The notes beneath the pieces are model-generated. The model had not been told where the DNA came from, searched no databases, and saw nothing but the letters and a program-made list of their open reading frames with translations. A program made the translations under genes and the position numbers. 64,000 nucleotides of DNA, taken from sequence record LR745208.1. One strand, given 5' to 3'. Position 1 is the stretch's first letter; every line of letters begins with the position of its first letter. This document shows, in pieces, positions 1 to 9,961 of the stretch.

Positions 1-2965
1 CTTGCTCTGTAAGACCAACAACGACACCCCCATAGGTGGTGGACCCAGAGGGTAGTGCGGGAGCTGACATGCCCTTGGAAGGCAAGCGGTTCCAGAGTTG
101 GACCTGTGTTGCCCCATACACCCTATCCCCACTCGGGTACCCTGTCTCCGTGACAAACACAGGGTCTAGTGATCCAATGTCATTCCGCACGAAGGTGGCA
201 GCGGAATTTTTGGCTGAAAATCGAACAATCTGATCTGGCACGCGGGTGCTGGCCCCACGATTAGGGGACCACATTACGTTAGTCGTAATGACAGCCCTGC
301 TATCTATAGGCACCAATTTCCCCGTTGTTGCCGGGGCATCCGCAGTAGCAATAGGATTTGTGGGTGGGAAAACTGTCCCTCCAGACCATCGCATATCCGT
401 GAGAACCACCGCTACGCCAGAAGGTGGATTTGTACTCCCGTTGTCATCCTCGGCATTGATCTCCTGTGAACGGAACTCAATGGTGACTATATTGCCTGTG
501 TTGTCAAAAGCTATCCAATCCGCAGACAAGGGGCGTACGATCAGACTGTCTGCATTAGCCGCCGCTGCGTGATCTGTATAGGGGGAACCGCCATCCGCGG
601 CTGCTGTTCCAGCCCCAATAACCTGGAAGGCCCCATTGTTATCTTGGGAATCCTTGTCCCCATACACTACGATGTATAGACCGGATGAGCTTCCAGTGAT
701 ATCCTTACCATCATTGGTAAGGATATCCCGCAATGTGCGAACACTTCTTCCAAGAGGCAGAAGGTTCACGACGGTGTTGAAGTCTAGCCCCGTTGCCCGA
801 ATGGTGCCTATTGCGGCCGTAACAGAAACGAAATTGGCAGCATTGGCCACAACGGTCGCGGCCACCGCTGCATTAAGAATCCCACCGAGAACAATGAAGG
901 GGGACTCAAAATTCGTAGCAGCCAAAGGATACATTGGGCCTGGATGCTCGAAGGCATCCTCCCCAAAACCTCCTGGAGAGGTAACCATTGCCGCCCGATA
1001 GCCATTTTGACTTTCTGTGGGAAGTGCTCCACCTACACCATTACCTGACACACCCCCAACGAAGCGTAGCTTCCATGGGTACTGAGTTCCGACGAGGGAG
1101 TCTGTGTTCTGAAGATATACTTCAGCGGGAGACAAGAAACGAACGGACTCCTGTCCCCCCACCAAACCTGCATGAGCACCATCATTTCCTGTGGCCCCAC
1201 CAATGTCCATGAAGATAACAGACCCATTGGTCCAACCTTGTACTACCCCGACCCCCAAATTGAGGAACCCATGGGGTTGGAAATCTGCCCCCACAGCCCA
1301 CTTGGAAGAAACAGTTGCATCAAATGTTGTTGCCGTGATGTGGTTGGCGTCCAGAGTCACTCCAGGGTCGAGGATATTCGTGATGTCACCCTGTATTGCT
1401 GCACTGTCTGACCACACCGTACGAATGCCATCCGGCCCATCTACCACGTCCACTTGTGTGGGGGCCGGGAAGGGAACAGCACTGGGGGCCTGTAGGTAAG
1501 AAACCTCAGTGGTAACCGTGCCCACAGTATCCCCGCCAGTACCGGCCTTCTTCCACGAAGAGTGCAAGTTATTCTGGACCAGTGCCGCCACACCATTCTG
1601 AAGAAGACGGGTGTAGTCCCAGTCACCGAAGTTCACGGACCGGCGAAGGTCAATAATGTCTGTAATGTCAATCTGATCAGCATACAAACCGTCCGGATTG
1701 GTGTTGTACAGCCGAAGGGCCGAGCCAGCGGCATGATACTTAGCCATCGTCCCAGCACGTCCACGACCAGCAGCATCAATGAAAATGTCACTCGGATGCC
1801 CCCCCGGATCGGAGTTCACATTGATGGCGATGACCTCGGCATCAATTCCTTCACCAATGACGAGATACCTACGGGTTGTCCCAATGGGAAAAAGGTCGGC
1901 ATCACCCAATGCTGATGTGCTGTAGTTGGTGAGCGTAACCCACCCTGTCGTTGTATCCAACAAGGCAGCCGTCAAGGAAGCAAGGGCCAGAGTTCGGGCC
2001 CCACTCTGTGGGTCTGCCAGGGCATGAGAAGCCGGAGTACGTTCTGCAGCCCCATTCTGATTTGGGTTGCCAGCGTTAGCTACAGCCGTGAAGGCCCCGG
2101 TGTTTCGTCGAAACACGGCACACATTGGAATGGCATAAACATAGCCATCAACCGTTCCGAGAGCATTGGCTGGATCACCGCTACCAGCCCTCCACAGGGA
2201 GGGGTCCCCAAGCTCTTGGCGCATGTTGGTAAACACCGCCCCACCCACAGGGGCCACAGTGGTGCCTTGTGCCAGAACCTGAGGGTCTGTCAGGCCATCT
2301 GGGAAGTTTGCTAGATCGACCGAGGTACCACCAGCATCACCGGACCCAACCACACGAATCCGGTATTGAAGTTGGACCCTTTTCGTGGTCTCAAATCCAA
2401 GCGAGGGATCCTCAAGGTCATCTGTGACATTAGTCCCGCCGTACTGTGTGTTACCATTCTTCCAAATGAAGCCAGCCGAAGGCTTATTGGTCGTGGATGG
2501 ATTTGCCGATACTAGAGCACGCCAGACCTCCAGGAATACTAGGTCAGAACGAGCGTCAGTCGTCGGTGGCGGAAAAAGACGCACACGATTTGCGACTTCA
2601 TCCGGACCAGCGGACTCGGGAAGATAGGAGCCTGCCACAGGGATAACCCACCCATTGACCGCTGCCAGAAGGACCGGGGATGCCTCTTCGGTGCCACCGA
2701 CTGTGGCCGGTGGAGCAATGACAAACTGGTTGGCATACAGAGGGTCCGTCAGATAGTCCTGTTCGGTCCGCGTGGGATCAAGGAAGAATCCAGAATGAAC
2801 CTGTGCACGAACTGTTTGGGAGAGAGCCTCAAATTCCACCTGAGAAATCAGGTTCAACTCGGCATCGGTTGGCGGCTTGTCTGCCTGCCACACCACAGAT
2901 GTGAACTGCCGAGCGAGGGCAGAAAGCACACGAGAAACCCCAGGACCCCAGTTTTCAGCAGTCAT
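1..2965 (-). CDS. Large baseplate/tail-fibre-anchoring structural protein (DUF4815/DUF6519-like N-terminus), runs off the window start; not in the ORF track
   Basis: ATG at 2965-2963 reads MTAENWGPGVSRVLSALARQFTSVVWQADKPPTDAELNLISQ..., and the same frame at the window edge reads ...PSGSTTYGGVVVGLTEQ. The ORF track lists no ORF closing in this frame, so it appears open to the edge (>=988 aa). VVWQADKPPTDAELN resembles the VLxQxGRxxxxxELN start of DUF4815/DUF6519 baseplate proteins. Confidence 0.6.
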   Translation of the reverse strand, partial: MTAENWGPGVSRVLSALARQFTSVVWQADKPPTDAELNLISQVEFEALSQTVRAQVHSGFFLDPTRTEQDYLTDPLYANQFVIAPPATVGGTEEASPVLLAAVNGWVIPVAGSYLPESAGPDEVANRVRLFPPPTTDARSDLVFLEVWRALVSANPSTTNKPSAGFIWKNGNTQYGGTNVTDDLEDPSLGFETTKRVQLQYRIRVVGSGDAGGTSVDLANFPDGLTDPQVLAQGTTVAPVGGAVFTNMRQELGDPSLWRAGSGDPANALGTVDGYVYAIPMCAVFRRNTGAFTAVANAGNPNQNGAAERTPASHALADPQSGARTLALASLTAALLDTTTGWVTLTNYSTSALGDADLFPIGTTRRYLVIGEGIDAEVIAINVNSDPGGHPSDIFIDAAGRGRAGTMAKYHAAGSALRLYNTNPDGLYADQIDITDIIDLRRSVNFGDWDYTRLLQNGVAALVQNNLHSSWKKAGTGGDTVGTVTTEVSYLQAPSAVPFPAPTQVDVVDGPDGIRTVWSDSAAIQGDITNILDPGVTLDANHITATTFDATVSSKWAVGADFQPHGFLNLGVGVVQGWTNGSVIFMDIGGATGNDGAHAGLVGGQESVRFLSPAEVYLQNTDSLVGTQYPWKLRFVGGVSGNGVGGALPTESQNGYRAAMVTSPGGFGEDAFEHPGPMYPLAATNFESPFIVLGGILNAAVAATVVANAANFVSVTAAIGTIRATGLDFNTVVNLLPLGRSVRTLRDILTNDGKDITGSSSGLYIVVYGDKDSQDNNGAFQVIGAGTAAADGGSPYTDHAAAANADSLIVRPLSADWIAFDNTGNIVTIEFRSQEINAEDDNGSTNPPSGVAVVLTDMRWSGGTVFPPTNPIATADAPATTGKLVPIDSRAVITTNVMWSPNRGASTRVPDQIVRFSAKNSAATFVRNDIGSLDPVFVTETGYPSGDRVYGATQVQLWNRLPSKGMSAPALPSGSTTYGGVVVGLTEQ

Positions 2966-2979
2966 AACTTACCTTACCA

Positions 2980-3774
2980 TTAGAACATCACCGCGTAAGC
3001 AGTAACGTAGACTTTTGAGCGTGTATGGTTGATGAACGCGAGTCGCACATCATTCCCTGGAACACCTGTCGAAACTGTAGCCAATCTAGAAGCCTGTGTG
3101 TAACCCACCCCGTTGTCACAGGATAGGAACACATCCAAAATGTCCTGATCCACCTCAATCAGGTTCTTGAGGGCTGGGGTGTTCACTCCTGACGTGTAGT
3201 TCATCACGTCATTGGTGACTGACATCTGATAGACCTTCCAGTAAACCACGAAGGAACTAGCGCCAAGCCCCCCGGTGTAGGCAGCAATATCGATCTTGTC
3301 CGTAATCAATACCCCAGGACGAATCGGGGTGGTTGTGGAGTTCTCAGGAAGAACTGCCACCGAGTTGGGGGCCACCCCCTTCGTGCCCCCCAGTGGGGTT
3401 CCCGTCTGAAACCGTGAGGACCACGTTTTTATAGGGGGCCCAGGATCCCAAGGGAAAACCGCAGTGGCATCGAGTTTTGCGATATCCGATGCGTTAAGTA
3501 TCGGATTGTAAAGGATATTGCCATATGTTGGGTACTGGGCCAGCAAACTATTGTAGATCGTAGGAAGGATGCCAGGAGGAACCGATGGGTCCAGCAACCT
3601 GGACGCCGAGGTAATTACTGGTGGGGTGACCCCATCGGGGATACCCACCACGAATTTGCCGTTAATAGGCGTGGCTGTGTTTACCTCAGGGGTTCCAGCC
3701 ACCTGAATGATAACAGAACTTGTCTCCCCGGCCAGCAAGTCCGGGAACCGATTCACGTCAGCATAAATCCGCAT
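2980..3774 (-). CDS. Hypothetical virion/baseplate protein (264 aa)
   Basis: Long ORF with GGAGG Shine-Dalgarno (3780-3784), co-oriented between the hub and baseplate genes; beta-rich composition; no family recognised. Confidence 0.6.
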   Translation of the reverse strand: MRIYADVNRFPDLLAGETSSVIIQVAGTPEVNTATPINGKFVVGIPDGVTPPVITSASRLLDPSVPPGILPTIYNSLLAQYPTYGNILYNPILNASDIAKLDATAVFPWDPGPPIKTWSSRFQTGTPLGGTKGVAPNSVAVLPENSTTTPIRPGVLITDKIDIAAYTGGLGASSFVVYWKVYQMSVTNDVMNYTSGVNTPALKNLIEVDQDILDVFLSCDNGVGYTQASRLATVSTGVPGNDVRLAFINHTRSKVYVTAYAVMF

Positions 3775-3876
3775 GCTACCCTCCTGGGGGGATAGCTACT
3801 CTACCGATGACCACCGCCTATCTGACTCAACAACGTGTGACCATACATGACCCCATATGCTGATTTGCCGATTTCT

Positions 3877-3907
3877 CTAAAAAGTAGGTGCCCCATGCCG
3901 ATAGGGT
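3877..3907 (+). promoter_or_regulatory. sigma28 (FliA/SigD/WhiG)-type promoter, copy 1
   Basis: CTAAAAAGT-aggtgcccca-TGCCGATAGGGT, i.e. TAAA-N15-GCCGATAG, 17 nt before ATG 3925; the conserved blocks and spacer length are identical at 39734-39764. Confidence 0.75.
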
Positions 3908-3924
3908 TATGAAGGACATCCCCA

Positions 3925-4452
3925 ATGAAGACCGCAACGTTTCTGCTCTGCCTTGCCACCCTGCTAGTCCCAGTCCCCGGGCTCAGCCAGCCCGCCGCCA
4001 GGGTCCCCCCTGTGGTCGTTTCAAGGACGGTCCATGAATCCCCCGTCCCCACCACGGGTAACAACGACTTCCGCCTCCTGTGGGCTGAAGAGGTGGTTCG
4101 CATCGGTCCAAGAGTGGAATCACGACTGTACCTGGAACTCCACGACGCCTTCAGAGAGCCAGACCTGTTGGCTCGCATCGAGATCCGTGAAGCCCGTGGG
4201 TACCAGTTCTGCAACCCCCTCACCAATCCCGGAGCGTGGCGTGCCAGCCGTACCCCCGCCCTGATGGGGGTGGCCTGTGCCATGGGCAACAACGTCAGCA
4301 CCGCGGTAGCCATTTTCCGCACAGGCCCTGGGCACCTGACCATTCACGTCATCGCCGAAAGCCAGGAGTTCGTCCTGGACACCCTGGACATCCCACCCAC
4401 GGAAACTCTCTCCATTCCCGGAACGGAAGCATGGCATGTTGAAGTAGACTGA
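3925..4452 (+). CDS. Secreted/periplasmic hypothetical protein (175 aa)
   Basis: N-terminal signal peptide MKTATFLLCLATLLVPVPGLSQ; GAAGGA SD; first gene after the promoter. Confidence 0.65.
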   Translation: MKTATFLLCLATLLVPVPGLSQPAARVPPVVVSRTVHESPVPTTGNNDFRLLWAEEVVRIGPRVESRLYLELHDAFREPDLLARIEIREARGYQFCNPLTNPGAWRASRTPALMGVACAMGNNVSTAVAIFRTGPGHLTIHVIAESQEFVLDTLDIPPTETLSIPGTEAWHVEVD

Positions 4453-4464
4453 CCATCCCACGGT

Positions 4465-4953
4465 ATGGTTGGCATGCACCTGGAAATGGTACCTGAACCC
4501 ACCAAAAGTTGGAGCCTCAAATCGGAACTGGGAGCCAAGCAATGGACCCTACTCAATCAGGTTGTGTGCCAACGGGCCAGCAATCGCTGTGAGGAATGCC
4601 TGTGTTCCTCCCAAATCGAATGCCTGGAGCAATGGGAATACAACGACACCACCCACACCCAAACTCTGGTAGGCTTCAAGGCTCTATGCCCCGCCTGCCG
4701 TGAAGTAAGAGACTTGGGCCGTGCCTGTTCCAGGGGCGATGGAAAACGGGTAGCATCTCACCTTCAAGCTCTTAACCGATGGTCGCCAGAGGAACTTGAC
4801 GCCCAAATTGAAAAGGCATTTGACGTGTGGATGGAACGATCCGCACATGACTGGACTCTCGACCTCCGGCTACTTGTTGTCGTCCAAACCGACCCGGAGA
4901 TCATCGGCCGATCTTATTGGATGCCCTTTCAACTTGGGCAGCCTGCGAATTGA
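4465..4953 (+). CDS. HNH-family zinc-binding protein, apparently catalytically degenerate
   Basis: LEMVPEP...RCEEC...ECLEQWEYND..TQTLVGFKALCPACREVRDLGRA...AFDVWMERSAHDWTLDL matches the layout of a common phage HNH family (ECHE.W.YD...LC..CH.VKH.G), but the histidines are replaced. Confidence 0.65.
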   Translation: MVGMHLEMVPEPTKSWSLKSELGAKQWTLLNQVVCQRASNRCEECLCSSQIECLEQWEYNDTTHTQTLVGFKALCPACREVRDLGRACSRGDGKRVASHLQALNRWSPEELDAQIEKAFDVWMERSAHDWTLDLRLLVVVQTDPEIIGRSYWMPFQLGQPAN

Positions 4954-7900
4954 GCCGGTTGGTTCCTGTTGTGTTCGTCAGGTTGCTCGCCAGACTATCC
5001 GCCTGAGACTGAACCCCGCTCGCAATTGACTGCCATCCCGACACACTATCCAAGAGGGAGCGGCGCCCACTGCCTGTGGTAATACCCCGTAGAGCCGACT
5101 GAGCGGCTGCCCAGGCAGGTGCCGCCTGTACCATCTGCCCCGCCACCCATCGAGCCGCATCATCCGGAGTCTGGACACTCACGAAGGTAGTGTTCTCAGC
5201 TCCAGACATATAGGCCGCTAGAAGCAGATCCGCCTCAGCCCCACGACAAGCACAGGAATCCTGGCCCCCCAATGGGTCCCCCATTGGAGTCAGGTCGGTG
5301 AGGTTGAAAGCTGCGTTATTGACCGGGAGCTTCATCACGGCATCACGATCCGACATGATGTAGTTACGCAGCCCATTAGCGATCTGGGTTGTACGGGTCC
5401 CCGTGGCACCGGCTGTTGGGTTCTCTGCCCACTGCAATACCCTTTGGGCACCTTCTGCGAATTGAGGGTCGGCCGCAATTCGAGCCAAGACCCTGGCTTC
5501 AGTATCCGCATCCTGCCTGCGCATTGCCCTCAACAGAGCTTCCAGGTCTGCCGGGTTGGCAAAACGAAGGGGGTCACTTGACATCAACCGCTCGTAGTTG
5601 CCCCCCGGCTCGATGGAGAGCCCCCGGCCATATTGGTAGGACCCATAATGCTCATAGCCCTTGGCGTCGGACACGGGAAACACAGGGGAAAAAGTAGCGT
5701 TGTCCACAGAGGCGAACCGGGTTTCTGTGGACCTCTGGAAGGGCCTGCTGTTTGGAAGGGGCCTCCCAGCAAACAATGCCGTGATGGAATCCTCCCAGGG
5801 ACGAAGAAGCTGTGTTATTGTGGCTGGGATCTGAGTGGTTCTTGAGGGGAGATCCTGCAATGCAGAAATAGCTTGGGCCAGAGCCTCACTGTTTGCCTGA
5901 CTCACCTCTTGCACCAAAGCATGGGCCTTGGCACCTAGCACCGTCATAGTATGATGCCTGTTGGTCAGCATCCCGGTGTTGCTTGGGTCCACGTCATTCG
6001 GGGTACCATTTGAGATATTGGGGGTTCCATCAATGGGACCTGTAGCAGTATTGAGGTTGGCGATGCCTGTGATGGCCCCCTGAATTGCCTCGGAGGGGGG
6101 CCTAATCATTGTCATGTTCCCCAACACGGCCGCCATGTTGTTGGTTAGAGCCCGGACAAGGGATGTTGCAGTGCCTGCGAGGCAACTGTTAATGAAAACA
6201 ATGGCCGACTGTGGGGTGTGCCCAACGGCGAGAACCGTGGAGGTTCCCCTCGTGGGCCTACTGATCTGACTGGTACCAAACGTAAGGGACACAATCTCAC
6301 TGGTAGGCACGATCCTGGTGTTAGTGAAGGTACGGACCCGCAACCCTTTGGTAGGACGGTGTTTGGTGCCTATTTCCACGAAGTCCTGGCGCCTATCCTC
6401 AGGAAGCCCCTCAATGTTTGACGCCTGACGAACCACCGTTGTGGTCAAGTCCTCCTCCGGGTTCACATGGGTGCTACTACTCTGGGTCCCTGGGGTTGGG
6501 GCTGTATCCTCCGTTGTCTGGCTCTGAGGGATCCACTCCCTAAGGGAAGTTGTCGCCAATCTGTGGATGTTACGGGCATACTGCCCCTGATCCCCGGTGG
6601 AATATCCACTTCTCGATAACTGCGGGGCATACAGGTCAATGTTCCCTGTGGTCAGTACCTGATCAATTGCCTCTCCGTGGTTATGCAGGAGGTTTCGCAA
6701 GTAGTCTCTGGACCCCTCTTCTGCTGACCCATATGCCCTAAACCAAGCATTAGTATCATGAAGGGTTACAGTACCATCCGCATTTGTGGTTCCCTCCTGG
6801 GTTCCAAGATGTACTCTCCCACCCACCCAACGGTTTCCTGCCTTCACCCCTCCAAAATTGAAGTTATACATACCCTGACCACGAGCACCATTCTCCAGCG
6901 CCCACTGGGCTGACATTACAGCCAATACAGCATCTGGAGGAGATTGCCCCCGCTCTGCAATGTATGCCTGCCGCAAATACCGCACAGCTTCCTGTGGGCT
7001 CATCTGGGTGTGCTCTGCACGTTGATCCCCAGATAGGGTGGGTGAGTCCGATGTGGGGGTCGTGGTAGTCCCACCACTCGTTGTCGGCCTAGTGATATCA
7101 GCATCCCCTTGTTGAGCCGGATTGGGGTGGGAGGCGGAATAATAGCGGTACTGTCCTGGGGTGTTGACCGACATTGATGCCTTACGGTCTGACAGTAGCT
7201 CCAAAGTATTAGAGGACAGGTTGATGGTGCCGGTGGGGTCGAAGTCCATATCCCTTTGAACTGCTCCGGTCGAGCGGGTTTGAAGCTGTTGGATCAGGTA
7301 GGAAAGCAATACCACCTTGTCATTGTCCTGCAATGTGGTCGCATGACTAGATAGGCTGCTCGGATGGGCTGTGTGGTTGCCATTCACCTCATGAAGAATG
7401 TGTTCCACCGCAGTGAACTGATTGGCATAGGCAAGCAAAATGTCATTCTGTGTACCAGATGGGTCCGATGGGGGGGAGTCAAAATTTGTGGTCAGAGTTG
7501 TAAGCCGTTGTCGGGCGGTATCCAATTCAGATTGAAGGTGTGCAACATCCACATGCGAAGGGGCCCGGGGCCTGGGTGCCGGGTGAGGGGCCGTTGCAGG
7601 AGTGGTGGCCGGTGGTGTGGCCGGAGGCGTTGGGGCCGCTGGGGTAGCTGCGGGTGTAGCTGGGGCCGGATGGGTGCCCGTGCGGGGTCTCGTCGGTGTC
7701 GTTGTAGCCGGTGCTTGCACCCCCCCAATGTTTGCCAATTCAGCCGCCTGAATTTGACGCTCAAGCCTCTCCACCGTGGCACTGAGTGTTGTGATGCTGG
7801 TCTGCGTGAGGTCTCTGGTGGTAATGAAGGTGCCCAGAGCCCTAGTAAGGTCGGCCTCATTCACCGTGAAGGTGCTAAATTGGCTTCCAATAGCGACCCC

Positions 7901-9958
7901 CCATGATTGGGTAGTTGAGTTGCCAGTACTTCGATAATCGGTATTTCCCCTCGCTGAGGATGTTGAGGCCCCCTCATTTCCAGGGGATATAAGCACACCA
8001 CGCTCCAACAGGGCTTGAATGAATCCCCCAATGAAGGTCTGACGCCGGGCATCTGTTACCTCCCGTCGATTGGTACCTGTGGTGGCTGTGAGGTTTCTAG
8101 ACTCCGCTCCAAACCCATACGAGTAGAACATCGGGTTGATGTGCATAGGGTCAAGCGCCATGACCACGTTGGGGAACCCTATTAGCCGTGGGATCCCACT
8201 ATTGTCAAGGACCTGGAGAGGCCGGGGAGACATGTTGGTCTTATCCAACTGCACCTGGGGAAGGTCTGCCCCAACGGATGCCCCTGAGTTGTCTCCCGGT
8301 GGGATGAACTTCCTTCGGCGAGCCGTCAACGACAGGGTCGTGGTGCACTGGCCCCCAAAATTGAAGGCATGCGAGATGGACTGGACATAGTAGTAACAAT
8401 CAATGTGGGGGATGTATACGGGGTAGCCTGGACGAATCTCAGGCCGAAGTGGGATCGTGATCGAACAAGCGTTCACCCCCGCATTGATCCGGTCTAGCTG
8501 TGAGATGCCAAAGAAGAAGGCTGACTTGGCATTGTTGTAGTAGGTTGACTCGATGGAACTTTCGCGCCACCCATATTGGGCCACGAGTTTGTAGTCTACG
8601 TATGTGGACCGGGTACCCCACTCACTCTCGTCCACCAACCCACGGGTGTTCTGGAAAGCCCCTCCCTTGATGATGATGTATGTGGCCTCCGGCTCGGTCT
8701 CCGTAAACGAGATGGAGATGATGTCAATGGGCTCGATACGATAAACCCGCGAGGAGCTGGTATCCAGGTTGAACAGTGGGGGCTTGAAGACAAGGTCCCC
8801 GTCCACATCCTGGTAGAACTCATAGCCCGTGACCCCCGTCACCGAGGTAGCAATGTCAAGTTTTGACTCATAGGTGGACTCAAACAAGTTCACCTGCCCA
8901 TAGCTACCATAGTCAGTGGCGAAAGCTTGAAGCTGTTGGGCATTCGTACTGAGGCGGCTCCCATTTTCCGAAGGCAGCAATCGAGTTGCTTGCCTGAGGA
9001 CCCGACTATCAACCAAAGAACTGAGAGGGATGTCCTGGGCAAATGGGTCCCCAGATGGGCGGGCCGTTGCAGCACTGTGTCCAGCAATGTGCTGGTGACC
9101 CCCCTGGGCACTAGACCCTGAACCATAGAGGGACAGGAATGCCTGTTGGGAGGATGTGAAAAGCTCTCCCGTCGCCCCGTGCATACGGAGCCCATAGATA
9201 CGGCTGCGGAACCGCTGCTCCCAGTAACGGATAGTCAGTGCATACAGGGAGTCTCCCGTAGTCGCATTGACAGCCCCATAGTTGGACCTGCTAGACAGGG
9301 CAAACCCCACACCGGCTGCGGCCCCCGCAGTATCCCTGTAGAGGGAGTACATGATCGAATAAGGGGACTTGCCAGACAGGGGATGCCCTGTAACGGTGGT
9401 GTGCACCCCGCTGTTTGTGGGTCTTGCCCCGAAGAACGAACCAGAGGTGGAAAACTTGAGGTGCTGCCAGAAATGGAGCATCCCGTTACAGGTCAGGGTG
9501 GCCGAGTAGTATCCCCCCGAATACTCATAGCCAACCGAAGTCACTACCCCGTGAAACACTGGGTAGTAGGGATATTGGGGGATGTCTCCAAGGTTGATGC
9601 CACCAACCGCTGTGGGGGCATTGGAGGTAGTCATTCCCTTTACGGGGAAGTACCCTCGGAAATAGATATGTACCTCCAGCCCCGTCCTCAAGAGGGTGTT
9701 CCCATCCCTGAAAATGGAGTCCCCATAGGTCCGTGGGACTGCCAGGGAGATGCTGGAGTTGGAGGCTCCGGGCTCGACCCCACAGTCAATCGAGACAGAT
9801 GTCACGAACTTTTGGATGTCGATATTTCTACGGCATTGCCTGCAACCTGGAAGAGAAGTGTCCCCGTTGAGGTACACAAGAAAATCGCAGACCGTTTGCA
9901 CAACCTCCCTCTTGTTGGGAGCCCAGGTTCCAGCGTAAGGTCGATTGACTATGGACAT
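4901..9958 (-). CDS. Baseplate hub / central tail protein with inserted GH73 glucosaminidase-like domain (1685 aa)
   Basis: Position after the TMP and tube initiators; N-terminal hub-like region (FYQDVDGDLVFKPP, ITIPLRPEIRPGYPVYI); Pro/Thr/Ala linker; internal GH73 motifs. Confidence 0.7.
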   Translation of the reverse strand: MSIVNRPYAGTWAPNKREVVQTVCDFLVYLNGDTSLPGCRQCRRNIDIQKFVTSVSIDCGVEPGASNSSISLAVPRTYGDSIFRDGNTLLRTGLEVHIYFRGYFPVKGMTTSNAPTAVGGINLGDIPQYPYYPVFHGVVTSVGYEYSGGYYSATLTCNGMLHFWQHLKFSTSGSFFGARPTNSGVHTTVTGHPLSGKSPYSIMYSLYRDTAGAAAGVGFALSSRSNYGAVNATTGDSLYALTIRYWEQRFRSRIYGLRMHGATGELFTSSQQAFLSLYGSGSSAQGGHQHIAGHSAATARPSGDPFAQDIPLSSLVDSRVLRQATRLLPSENGSRLSTNAQQLQAFATDYGSYGQVNLFESTYESKLDIATSVTGVTGYEFYQDVDGDLVFKPPLFNLDTSSSRVYRIEPIDIISISFTETEPEATYIIIKGGAFQNTRGLVDESEWGTRSTYVDYKLVAQYGWRESSIESTYYNNAKSAFFFGISQLDRINAGVNACSITIPLRPEIRPGYPVYIPHIDCYYYVQSISHAFNFGGQCTTTLSLTARRRKFIPPGDNSGASVGADLPQVQLDKTNMSPRPLQVLDNSGIPRLIGFPNVVMALDPMHINPMFYSYGFGAESRNLTATTGTNRREVTDARRQTFIGGFIQALLERGVLISPGNEGASTSSARGNTDYRSTGNSTTQSWGVAIGSQFSTFTVNEADLTRALGTFITTRDLTQTSITTLSATVERLERQIQAAELANIGGVQAPATTTPTRPRTGTHPAPATPAATPAAPTPPATPPATTPATAPHPAPRPRAPSHVDVAHLQSELDTARQRLTTLTTNFDSPPSDPSGTQNDILLAYANQFTAVEHILHEVNGNHTAHPSSLSSHATTLQDNDKVVLLSYLIQQLQTRSTGAVQRDMDFDPTGTINLSSNTLELLSDRKASMSVNTPGQYRYYSASHPNPAQQGDADITRPTTSGGTTTTPTSDSPTLSGDQRAEHTQMSPQEAVRYLRQAYIAERGQSPPDAVLAVMSAQWALENGARGQGMYNFNFGGVKAGNRWVGGRVHLGTQEGTTNADGTVTLHDTNAWFRAYGSAEEGSRDYLRNLLHNHGEAIDQVLTTGNIDLYAPQLSRSGYSTGDQGQYARNIHRLATTSLREWIPQSQTTEDTAPTPGTQSSSTHVNPEEDLTTTVVRQASNIEGLPEDRRQDFVEIGTKHRPTKGLRVRTFTNTRIVPTSEIVSLTFGTSQISRPTRGTSTVLAVGHTPQSAIVFINSCLAGTATSLVRALTNNMAAVLGNMTMIRPPSEAIQGAITGIANLNTATGPIDGTPNISNGTPNDVDPSNTGMLTNRHHTMTVLGAKAHALVQEVSQANSEALAQAISALQDLPSRTTQIPATITQLLRPWEDSITALFAGRPLPNSRPFQRSTETRFASVDNATFSPVFPVSDAKGYEHYGSYQYGRGLSIEPGGNYERLMSSDPLRFANPADLEALLRAMRRQDADTEARVLARIAADPQFAEGAQRVLQWAENPTAGATGTRTTQIANGLRNYIMSDRDAVMKLPVNNAAFNLTDLTPMGDPLGGQDSCACRGAEADLLLAAYMSGAENTTFVSVQTPDDAARWVAGQMVQAAPAWAAAQSALRGITTGSGRRSLLDSVSGWQSIASGVQSQADSLASNLTNTTGTNRLNSQAAQVERASNKIGR
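6560..6990 (-). other. GH73 (FlgJ-like) peptidoglycan hydrolase domain within the hub protein
   Basis: AQWALENG, NFNFGGVKAG..W.G, GTQE, FRAYGSAEEG.RDYL..L, LSRSGYSTG..QYA correspond to the GH73 motifs AQAALESG, NLFGIKA, FRxYxS, GYATDPxYA. Bounds approximate. Confidence 0.75.
7560..7710 (-). repeat. Low-complexity Pro/Ala/Thr linker repeats in the hub protein
   Basis: PAPATPAATPAAPTPPATPPATTPATAPHPAPRPRAP. Confidence 0.7.
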
Positions 9959-9961
9959 GTC

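Noticed and set aside
36-2983. Many short plus-strand ORFs in the track, and similar antisense ORFs across the window
   Set aside because: They lie opposite long minus-strand genes (here an unlisted frame open from 2965 to the edge) and have no motifs or SD sites; they are shadow ORFs.
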